Shown here piece after piece: positions 1 to 5,017 of a stretch of DNA of 5,017 nucleotides; within the stretch, counting starts at the first letter, position 1, and each line of letters opens with the position of its first letter. The notes under the pieces were generated by a model. The model ran no database searches, was not told the origin of the DNA, and saw only the letters and a program-made list of their open reading frames with translations. The DNA comes from a virus. Taxonomy: Duplodnaviria; Heunggongvirae; Uroviricota; Caudoviricetes. The position numbers and the translations under genes are program-made. The DNA lies in the IMG/VR virus record IMGVR_UViG_2585427728_000001; one strand, written 5' to 3'.

Positions 1-351
1 ACTGTATGTCACGGGCATACAGGAAAAGACATCATGCTCGGTAAAACGTATACCAAAGCAGAATGCAAAGCCCTCCTGAATAAAGACCTTGCCACGGTCG
101 CCAGACAAATTAACCCGTACATCAAAGTCGATATACCGGAAACAATGCGCGGCGCTCTTTACTCATTCGTTTACAACGTGGGTGCTGGCAATTTCAGAAC
201 ATCGACGCTTCTTCGCAAAATAAACCAGGGCGATATCAAAGGCGCATGTGATCAGCTACGTCGCTGGACATATGCTGGCGGTAAGCAATGGAAAGGGCTG
301 ATGACTCGCCGTGAGATTGAGCGTGAAGTCTGTTTGTGGGGGCAGCAATGA
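1..351 (+). CDS. R: Phage endolysin, phage-21/RrrD-type lysozyme (T4-lysozyme-like, GH24); 5' end lies upstream of the window
   Basis: Frame 1 is open from nt 1 and reads [48 protein letters not shown]...[13 protein letters not shown], ending at TGA 349-351. From memory this is collinear with the C-terminal ~115 aa of phage 21 R / E. coli RrrD lysozymes. The N-terminal SAR/catalytic region is outside the window, so only the C-terminal part is seen. Confidence 0.9.
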   Translation, partial: TVCHGHTGKDIMLGKTYTKAECKALLNKDLATVARQINPYIKVDIPETMRGALYSFVYNVGAGNFRTSTLLRKINQGDIKGACDQLRRWTYAGGKQWKGLMTRREIEREVCLWGQQ

Positions 352-815
352 GCAGAGTAACTGCGATTATCTCCGCTCTGGTTATCTGCATCATCGTCTG
401 CCTGTCATGGGCTGTTAATCATTACCGTGATAACGCCATTACCTACAAAGCCCAGCGCGACAAAAATGTCAGAGAACTGAAGCTGGCGAACGCGGCAATT
501 ACTGACATGCAGATGCGTCAGCGTGATGTTGCTGCGCTCGATGCAAAATACACGAAGGAGTTAGCTGATGCGAAAGCTGAAAATGATGCTCTTCTGCGGA
601 AGCTTGATAATGGTGGCAGGGTGCTCGTCAAAGGAAAATGCCCTGTGCCATCCTCTGCCGAAACCTCCAGCGCCTCCGGCATGGGCAATGATGCCACCGT
701 CGAACTCTCTCCAGTTGCTGGACGAAACGTTCTCGATATCCGGGACGGAATTATCCGCGACCAAACAGCACTGAGAACGCTTCAGGAATACATTAGGACG
801 CAATGCCTTCGATGA
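348..815 (+). CDS. Rz: Rz i-spanin (inner-membrane spanin subunit)
   Basis: ATG at 348 overlaps the endolysin stop (ATGA). The product [23 protein letters not shown]... has an N-terminal transmembrane segment followed by charged, coiled-coil-like sequence ([50 protein letters not shown]) and a C-terminal cysteine. It sits directly after the endolysin and carries an embedded +1-frame lipoprotein gene, the defining Rz/Rz1 architecture. The ORF track starts at GTG 336; ATG 348 is preferred. Confidence 0.9.
   Translation: MSRVTAIISALVICIIVCLSWAVNHYRDNAITYKAQRDKNVRELKLANAAITDMQMRQRDVAALDAKYTKELADAKAENDALLRKLDNGGRVLVKGKCPVPSSAETSSASGMGNDATVELSPVAGRNVLDIRDGIIRDQTALRTLQEYIRTQCLR
568..774 (+). CDS. 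Rz1: Rz1 o-spanin (outer-membrane lipoprotein spanin subunit), embedded in the +1 frame of Rz
   Basis: 68-aa ORF lying entirely inside Rz in a different frame. The N-terminus [21 protein letters not shown] is a signal peptide with a lipobox (VAGC), followed by a proline-rich stretch [11 protein letters not shown] typical of Rz1. AGGAG lies about 7 nt upstream of the ATG at 568. The N-terminus resembles lambda Rz1 (MLKLKMML...) from memory. Confidence 0.85.
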   Translation: MRKLKMMLFCGSLIMVAGCSSKENALCHPLPKPPAPPAWAMMPPSNSLQLLDETFSISGTELSATKQH

Positions 816-990
816 TAGCGATAATTTTACTCATCATCCTTCACATCTGGCTCTGTAGACAGGGTGGTGATCACTTCTGGAGTAAATCCAGATTAAACAT
901 CTCATTGCTGATGCTTGATATTGAGCATCTGGCGCGCAGTAAGGGGCTGCGTTGAGATAAGAGCCAGTTCATTACAAATACCAGGATTTA

Positions 991-1015
991 GCCTCGCATT
1001 CGCGGGGCTTTTTAT
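991..1015 (+). terminator. Putative rho-independent terminator downstream of the lysis cassette
   Basis: GCCTCGC-ATTC-GCGGGGC forms a 7-bp GC-rich stem (one G-U pair) with a 4-nt loop, immediately followed by TTTTTAT. It lies about 175 nt after the Rz stop and about 140 nt before the Rha start. Confidence 0.45.
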
Positions 1016-1157
1016 ATCTGAATTTCACAGCGCATCTCACGCGCATATTAACGAGAGCCTTTCAGTAAGCGAGCCTGAGAAATGCCGTTATAGGTGGCGA
1101 CCTCTCTCGGGCGGCTTTTCTGTGAGACAGGCTCACTTTCTAAAAGGTAAAGACGCT

Positions 1158-1682
1158 ATGAATAATCATTCAGTTATTCCAGCCTTCGACTTCCGAGAAA
1201 TGGTGCAAGCCAAAAACGGAGAGGTCGTTACCACATCCAGAAAAATTGCCAAGTACTTCGGCAAGCGACACGGTGATGTTCTCAGGAAAATCGAGCAGGT
1301 TAAGGCTGATTGCTCGCGTGAGTTTAGCCAACGCAATTTTGCGTCGGCTGATTATATCGATGAGCAGGGCAAGGTTCGCCCGATGTACAGCCTGACGAAA
1401 GATGGCTGGATCATGGTTGTGATGGGGTTCACCGGGAAAGCTGCTGCGGCAATCAAGGAGAGCTATATCGCAGCATTCAACTGGATGGCAGAACAACTGA
1501 GCCGCCGCATGGCAATTGGCGAAGAAATGCAGCACCGCTACGCCATCAAAGAAACACGCTCAAAGCTGAAAGGTACGATCGGCAGTCGGTTAATGAACGA
1601 ACGGAAGAAAGAGAAGCGTGTCCTGGCTGTCGAGCATGAATACATCTTGCAGGTGACACAGCCTGAACTGCTGATTAATTGA
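1158..1682 (+). CDS. rha: Rha-family phage regulatory protein (Phage_pRha domain)
   Basis: 174-aa product starting MNNHSVIPAFDFREMVQAKNGEVVTTSRKIAKYFGKRHGDVLRKIEQ...MYSLTKDGWIMVVMGFTGKAAAAIKESYIAAFNWM. The TTSRKIAKYFGKRHGDVLRKI and LTKDGW..MGFTGK..A..K..YI.AF motifs are characteristic of the Rha family. ATG 1158 follows AAAGGTAAAG. The longer ORF in the track (from 915) is a TTG-initiated extension that runs through the terminator hairpin and is rejected. Confidence 0.85.
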   Translation: MNNHSVIPAFDFREMVQAKNGEVVTTSRKIAKYFGKRHGDVLRKIEQVKADCSREFSQRNFASADYIDEQGKVRPMYSLTKDGWIMVVMGFTGKAAAAIKESYIAAFNWMAEQLSRRMAIGEEMQHRYAIKETRSKLKGTIGSRLMNERKKEKRVLAVEHEYILQVTQPELLIN

Positions 1683-1984
1683 AGATGTCATTACAAAGCC
1701 TATCTACGGGGGGCTTGATAATGGCTTATACCCTGCACGGGATAACTTAACTGATATCCCTTTTAACGGATAAAGGTATTCAAGCCTGACACATCATGCG
1801 CTGTATCGTCGCCGTATTCCCGCATTAACCATGACCGTAGCCTGACGGGGAATTCCTTCTGCGTGAGTGTGCGGGAATAATCAAAAACGATGCACACCGG
1901 GTTATTAACGCGTCAACTGAACGCGGGGTTGCTCTTCATGTCAGCCAGTCCGGTGCAGGGGTAGAAGAAACCGGACGTTATGGT

Positions 1985-2395
1985 TTAGTGTGGAAACATT
2001 TGTGATGTGCTCTGTATGTTTTCAGTAAAGAGTAATGAATTATCAAAGGTATAGTAATATCTTTTTTGTTCGTGGATATTTGTAACCCACCGAAAAACTC
2101 CTGCTTTAGCAAGGTTTCTTCTGTATTCCTGAAATGTGATCTCTCTGGATTTCAGCTTATTAGAGGTCGTTTCTATAAGATGCCTATCCTTTGAAAATTT
2201 GACAGACACAATGTTTTTTAGGCCCTTTAATAACACTGTATTATCATTTTTTAATACAATATGAACATTCTCTGTGGCTAAATAGTAAATGTAATGTGAG
2301 ACATTGTGACGTTTTAGCTCAGAATAAAACCATTGATAGTTTAAATCGTTTCGAACTTTATCAAATATTTGTTTAAAAATGACTACCTGATCCAT
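1985..2395 (-). CDS. DUF1398-family prophage protein (YdfO/YbcV-like), AT-rich cargo gene
   Basis: Minus-strand ORF. The preferred start is ATG at 2395 ([27 protein letters not shown]...), preceded by GGAAGG about 8 nt upstream, giving 136 aa. The track start at 2410 has no Shine-Dalgarno sequence. GC content is about 32% against about 58% in the terminase region. Assignment to the YdfO/YbcV (DUF1398) family is from memory of E. coli cryptic-prophage proteins and is unverified. Confidence 0.7.
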   Translation of the reverse strand: MDQVVIFKQIFDKVRNDLNYQWFYSELKRHNVSHYIYYLATENVHIVLKNDNTVLLKGLKNIVSVKFSKDRHLIETTSNKLKSREITFQEYRRNLAKAGVFRWVTNIHEQKRYYYTFDNSLLFTENIQSTSQMFPH

Positions 2396-2454
2396 AGATA
2401 AACCTTCCATGTGATATGAGGGGGGGCGTAGTCTGCACGATTATCTAAATTGCT

Positions 2455-2688
2455 TCAATCTGGTCTGATCTGTTTTCTGAGCAATTCAGTAATGTCACTC
2501 TTTTCTTTGTTTGCTTCAGGAGAAACTCTTTTTTCTGAGCACAGTCTCCGGCGGCAGGCTTCAATGACCCAGGCTGAGAAATTCCCGGACCCTTTTTGAT
2601 CAAGAGCGATGTTAATTTGTTCAATCATTTGGTTAGGAAAGCGGATGTTGCGGGTTGTTGTTCTGCGGGTTCTGTTCTTCGTTGACAT
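2455..2688 (-). CDS. DUF3950-family small protein (YnfO/YlcI-like), predicted ribbon-helix-helix-like DNA-binding protein
   Basis: 77-aa minus-strand ORF: MSTKNRTRRTTTRNIRFPNQMIEQINIALDQKGSGNFSAWVIEACRRRL.... A basic N-terminal tail, a short beta-strand (NIRFP), helix (NQMIEQINIALDQ), G-x-S/N turn (KGSGN) and second helix (FSAWVIEACRRRL) fit the ribbon-helix-helix pattern. It resembles E. coli prophage YlcI/YnfO proteins from memory. Confidence 0.8.
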   Translation of the reverse strand: MSTKNRTRRTTTRNIRFPNQMIEQINIALDQKGSGNFSAWVIEACRRRLCSEKRVSPEANKEKSDITELLRKQIRPD

Positions 2689-2857
2689 GAGGTTGTCCCG
2701 TATTCAGTGTCGCTGATTTGTATTGTCTGAAGTTGTTTTTACGTTAAGTTGATGCAGATCAATTAATATGATACCTGCGTCATAATTGATTATTTGACGT
2801 GGTTTGATGGCGTAGATGCACGTTGTGACATGCAGATGATAATTATTATCATTTTGC
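2689..2857 (-). promoter_or_regulatory. AT-rich region expected to hold the promoter of the minus-strand DUF3950/DUF1398 genes; no -35/-10 assigned
   Basis: This is the only non-coding sequence upstream (minus-strand sense) of the 2688 start codon. It is AT-rich (for example TTGATGCAGATCAATTAATATGATACC, GATAATTATTATCATTTT). The same segment corresponds to the lambda right-end sequence just before cosQ. No confident promoter hexamers could be assigned by eye. Confidence 0.3.
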
Positions 2858-3070
2858 GGGTCCTTTCCGGCGATCCGACAGGTTACGGGGCGGCGACCTC
2901 GCGGGTTTTCGCTATTTATGAAAATTTTCCGGTTTAAGGCGTTTCCGTTCTTCTTCGTCGTAACTTAATGTTTTTATTTAAAATACCCTCTGAAAAGAAA
3001 GGAAGCGACAGGTGCTGAAAGCGAGCTTTTTGGCCTCTGTCGTTTCCTTTCTCTGTTTTTGTCCGTGGAA
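2858..3070. other. cos: Lambda-type cohesive end site cos (cosQ 2858-2864, cosN 2888-2899, cosB about 2900-3070)
   Basis: The sequence ...GGGTCCTTTCCGGCGATCCGACAGGTTACG|GGGCGGCGACCTCGCGGGTTTTCGCTATTTATGAAAATTTTCCGGTTTAAGGCG... matches the joined right and left ends of phage lambda as recalled. GGGTCCT is cosQ, GGGCGGCGACCT is the 12-nt cohesive end, and the following ~170 bp up to the Nu1 start correspond to cosB (Nu1 R-sites and IHF site), whose sub-sites were not mapped individually. Confidence 0.9.
2888..2899 (+). other. cosN: cosN 12-nt cohesive-end sequence GGGCGGCGACCT (terminase nicking site)
   Basis: Exact match to the lambda left cohesive end, preceded by the lambda right-end sequence GATCCGACAGGTTACG. 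Confidence 0.9.
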
Positions 3071-3076
3071 TGAACA

Positions 3077-3622
3077 ATGGAAGTCAACAAAAAGCAGCTG
3101 GCTGACATTTTCGGTGCGAGTATCCGTACCATTCAGAACTGGCAGGAACAGGGAATGCCCGTTCTGCGAGGCGGTGGCAAGGGTAATGAGGTGCTTTATG
3201 ACTCTGCCGCCGTCATAAAATGGTATGCCGAAAGGGATGCTGAAATTGAGAACGAAAAGCTGCGCCGGGAAGTTGAAGAACTGCGGCAGGCCAGCGAGAC
3301 AGATCTCCAGCCAGGGACTATTGAGTACGAACGCCATCGACTTACGCGTGCGCAGGCCGACGCACAGGAGCTGAAAAATGCCAGAGACTCCGCTGAAGTG
3401 GTGGAAACCGCATTCTGTACTTTCGTGCTGTCGCGGATCGCAGGTGAAATTGCCAGTATTCTCGACGGGATCCCCCTGTCGGTGCAGCGGCGTTTTCCGG
3501 AACTGGAAAACCGACATGTTGATTTCCTGAAACGGGATATCATCAAAGCCATGAACAAAGCAGCCGCGCTGGATGAACTGATACCGGGGTTGCTGAGTGA
3601 ATATATCGAACAGTCAGGTTAA
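3077..3622 (+). CDS. nu1: Terminase small subunit Nu1 (lambda gpNu1-like, winged-HTH cosB-binding protein)
   Basis: 181-aa product MEVNKKQLADIFGASIRTIQNWQEQGMPVLRGGGKGNEVLYDSAAVIKWYAERDAEIENEKLRREVEELRQ.... This is the same length as lambda gpNu1 and essentially collinear with it as recalled. It has an N-terminal helix-turn-helix, sits immediately downstream of cosB, and its 3' end overlaps the start of gene A by 26 nt as in lambda. Confidence 0.97.
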   Translation: MEVNKKQLADIFGASIRTIQNWQEQGMPVLRGGGKGNEVLYDSAAVIKWYAERDAEIENEKLRREVEELRQASETDLQPGTIEYERHRLTRAQADAQELKNARDSAEVVETAFCTFVLSRIAGEIASILDGIPLSVQRRFPELENRHVDFLKRDIIKAMNKAAALDELIPGLLSEYIEQSG

Positions 3623-4835
3623 CAGGCTGCGGCATTTTGTCCGCGCCGGGCTTCGCTCACTGTTCAGGCCGGAGCCACAGACCGCCGTTGAATGGGCGGA
3701 TGCCAATTACTATCTCCCAAAAGAATCCGCATACCAGGAAGGGCGCTGGGAAACACTGCCCTTTCAGCGGGCCATCATGAATGCGATGGGCAGCGACTAC
3801 ATCCGTGAGGTGAATGTGGTGAAGTCTGCCCGTGTCGGTTATTCCAAAATGCTGCTGGGTGTTTATGCCTACTTTATAGAGCATAAGCAGCGCAACACCC
3901 TTATCTGGTTGCCGACGGATGGTGATGCCGAGAACTTTATGAAAACCCACGTTGAGCCGACCATCCGCGATATTCCGTCGCTGCTGGCGCTGGCTCCGTG
4001 GTATGGCAAAAAGCACCGGGATAACACGCTCACCATGAAGCGTTTTTCCAATGGTCGTGGCTTCTGGTGCCTGGGCGGTAAAGCGGCAAAAAACTACCGT
4101 GAAAAGTCGGTGGATGTGGCGGGTTATGATGAACTTGCTGCCTTTGATGAGGATATTGAACAGGAAGGCTCTCCGACGTTCCTTGGCGACAAACGTATTG
4201 AAGGCTCGGTCTGGCCAAAGTCCATCCGTGGCTCCACGCCCAAAGTGAGAGGCACCTGCCAGATTGAGCGTGCAGCCAGTGAATCCCCGCATTTTATGCG
4301 TTTTCATGTTGCCTGCCCGCACTGCGGGGAGGAGCAGTATCTTAAATTTGGCGACAAAGAGGCGCCGTTTGGCCTCAAATGGACGCCGGATGACCCCTCC
4401 AGCGTGTTTTATCTCTGCGAGCATAATGCCTGCGTCATCCGCCAGCAGGAGCTGGACTTTACTGATGCCCGTTATATCTGCGAAAAGACCGGGATCTGGA
4501 CCCGTGATGGCATTCTCTGGTTTTCGTCATCCGGTGAAGAGATTGAGCCGCCGGACAGTGTGACCTTTCACATCTGGACGGCGTACAGCCCGTTCACCAC
4601 CTGGGTGCAGATTGTCAAAGACTGGATGAAGACGAAAGGGGATACGGGAAAACGTAAAACCTTCGTGAACACCACGCTCGGTGAGACATGGGAAGCGAAA
4701 ATTGGCGAACGTCCGGATGCTGAGGGTAAGCGACTCGTCAGAACCGTATTGATATTTACTGAGAGCTCAGATCAACTTTCCAGGGCAACAGATCGCGTAC
4801 CCGGTTTGCCGGCCAGTCCTGGATATGTTCAATGA
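3597..4835 (+). CDS. A: Terminase large subunit gpA, C-terminally truncated by an IS66-family insertion (probable pseudogene; A-derived part 3597-4724, last 36 codons read into the IS)
   Basis: MNISNSQVNRLRHFVRAGLRSLFRPEPQTAVEWADANYYLPKESAYQEGRWETLPFQRAIMNAMGSDYIREVNVVKSARVGYSKMLLG... follows lambda gpA (641 aa) as recalled, including the Walker-A-like VKSARVGYSK, up to ...GETWEAKIGERPDAE (codon 376). Lambda then continues VMAERKEHYSAP..., whereas here the frame reads GKRLVRTVLIFTESSDQLSRATDRVPGLPASPGYVQ and stops. The nucleotide sequence from 4726 onward is unrelated to lambda. Confidence 0.92.
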   Translation: MNISNSQVNRLRHFVRAGLRSLFRPEPQTAVEWADANYYLPKESAYQEGRWETLPFQRAIMNAMGSDYIREVNVVKSARVGYSKMLLGVYAYFIEHKQRNTLIWLPTDGDAENFMKTHVEPTIRDIPSLLALAPWYGKKHRDNTLTMKRFSNGRGFWCLGGKAAKNYREKSVDVAGYDELAAFDEDIEQEGSPTFLGDKRIEGSVWPKSIRGSTPKVRGTCQIERAASESPHFMRFHVACPHCGEEQYLKFGDKEAPFGLKWTPDDPSSVFYLCEHNACVIRQQELDFTDARYICEKTGIWTRDGILWFSSSGEEIEPPDSVTFHIWTAYSPFTTWVQIVKDWMKTKGDTGKRKTFVNTTLGETWEAKIGERPDAEGKRLVRTVLIFTESSDQLSRATDRVPGLPASPGYVQ

Positions 4836-5017
4836 CGTAACGCAGCCACTTTTCTGGCTCCACATTGTTCAGACGGCATGTGCCGATCAGCGAGTACAAC
4901 ACCGCCGCATGTTCACCACCGCTGTCGGAACCCGCGAACATCCAGTTTTTCCGGCCTACGGCCACTCCCCGTAAGGCGTTCTCTGCGATGTTGTTGTCGA
5001 TTTCCACCCAGCCATTA
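4726..5017 (-). mobile_element. IS66-family insertion sequence, one terminus plus the 3' end of its transposase gene; the element continues beyond the window
   Basis: Homology to lambda A ends at 4724-4725. The new sequence starts GTAAGCGACTCGTCAGAACCG..., and GTAAGCG is recalled as the typical start of IS66-family terminal inverted repeats. The minus-strand ORF 4756-5017 encodes an IS66 TnpC-like C-terminus. The boundary is uncertain by about 2 nt, and the other IS end and any 8-bp target duplication are outside the window. Confidence 0.85.
4756..5017 (-). CDS. IS66-family transposase (TnpC-like), C-terminal fragment; the 5' part of the gene lies beyond the window end
   Basis: The minus-strand frame is open to the window edge (...NGWVEIDNNIAENALRGVAVGRKNWMFAGSDSGGEHAAVLYSLIGTCRLNNVEPEKWLRYVIEHIQDWPANRVRDLLPWKVDLSSQ, stop at 4756-4758). 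The NxAEnALRxxAVGRKNWxFAGSxxGGExAAxxYSLI motif is typical of IS66-family transposase C-termini. The M at 5007 in the track is an artefactual GTG start. Confidence 0.9.
   Translation of the reverse strand, partial: NGWVEIDNNIAENALRGVAVGRKNWMFAGSDSGGEHAAVLYSLIGTCRLNNVEPEKWLRYVIEHIQDWPANRVRDLLPWKVDLSSQ

Noticed and set aside
336-347. GTG start at 336 for Rz as given in the ORF track
   Set aside because: The ATG at 348 overlapping the endolysin stop codon (ATGA) matches the conserved lambda-type R/Rz junction and is preferred.
561-803. 80-aa minus-strand ORF antisense to Rz/Rz1
   Set aside because: It lies entirely inside the well-supported Rz/Rz1 coding region on the opposite strand, has no recognisable motifs or ribosome-binding site, and is most likely a chance ORF.
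915-1157. N-terminal extension of the Rha ORF from the track (255 aa starting at 915)
   Set aside because: The extension starts at TTG, runs through the terminator-like hairpin at 991-1015 and has no Rha-like sequence. The ATG at 1158 with an upstream purine-rich stretch is the credible start.
1170-1535. 121-aa minus-strand ORF antisense to the Rha gene
   Set aside because: It is fully contained in the Rha coding sequence on the other strand and has no supporting features.
1683-1984. Possible tRNA or small RNA gene in the 300-bp convergent intergenic region
   Set aside because: No cloverleaf-compatible arrangement or conserved tRNA boxes could be recognised by eye. The inverted repeats are reported separately as findings and would need tRNAscan-SE or Rfam to settle.
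2396-2410. Five-codon upstream extension (MEGLS) of the DUF1398 ORF
   Set aside because: There is no Shine-Dalgarno sequence before the ATG at 2410, whereas GGAAGG is correctly spaced before the ATG at 2395.
2420-2426. G7 homopolymer (C7 on the minus strand) between the DUF3950 and DUF1398 genes, considered as a slipped-strand phase-variation switch
   Set aside because: Seven bases is short for a contingency tract, and it lies in an untranslated spacer, not in a coding frame or promoter spacer. Worth remembering only if length variation is seen between isolates.
2978-3558. Minus-strand ORFs of 179 aa (2978-3517) and 120 aa (3196-3558), plus the plus-strand 68-aa ORF 3012-3218, overlapping cosB and Nu1
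   Set aside because: Nu1 on the plus strand is a near-exact, full-length match to a well-characterised protein. These alternative-frame ORFs are expected by-products of GC-rich coding sequence and carry no independent signals.
3657-4563. Alternative-frame ORFs inside gene A (minus 255 aa at 3657-4424, minus 3869-4051, minus 4030-4218, plus 4051-4248, plus 4264-4563)
   Set aside because: All are nested within the gpA reading frame, which is collinear with lambda gpA, and are judged spurious.
1-5017. CRISPR array or other tandem direct repeats
   Set aside because: No regularly spaced direct repeats are present anywhere in the window.

Overview
This window is the lysis-to-packaging junction of a lambdoid prophage (E. 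coli-type), and the prophage appears defective. Reading left to right: the 3' end of a phage-21/RrrD-type endolysin gene, an Rz/Rz1 spanin pair (Rz1 embedded out of frame in Rz), a hairpin terminator, a Rha-family regulatory gene, then a convergent minus-strand pair made of a small DUF3950 (YnfO/YlcI-like, ribbon-helix-helix-like) gene and an AT-rich DUF1398 (YdfO/YbcV-like) gene. Next comes a complete lambda-type cos site (cosQ, cosN with the GGGCGGCGACCT cohesive end, cosB), an intact terminase small-subunit gene Nu1, and terminase large-subunit gene A. Gene A is cut after about codon 376 by an IS66-family element whose transposase C-terminus runs off the right edge on the minus strand. No rRNA, tRNA or CRISPR array was recognised. 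All homology statements come from reading the translations and from recalled lambda/DLP12 sequence, not from database searches. The most interesting points are the IS-disrupted terminase beside an intact cos and Nu1, and the uncharacterised two-gene cargo pair between the lysis cassette and cos.
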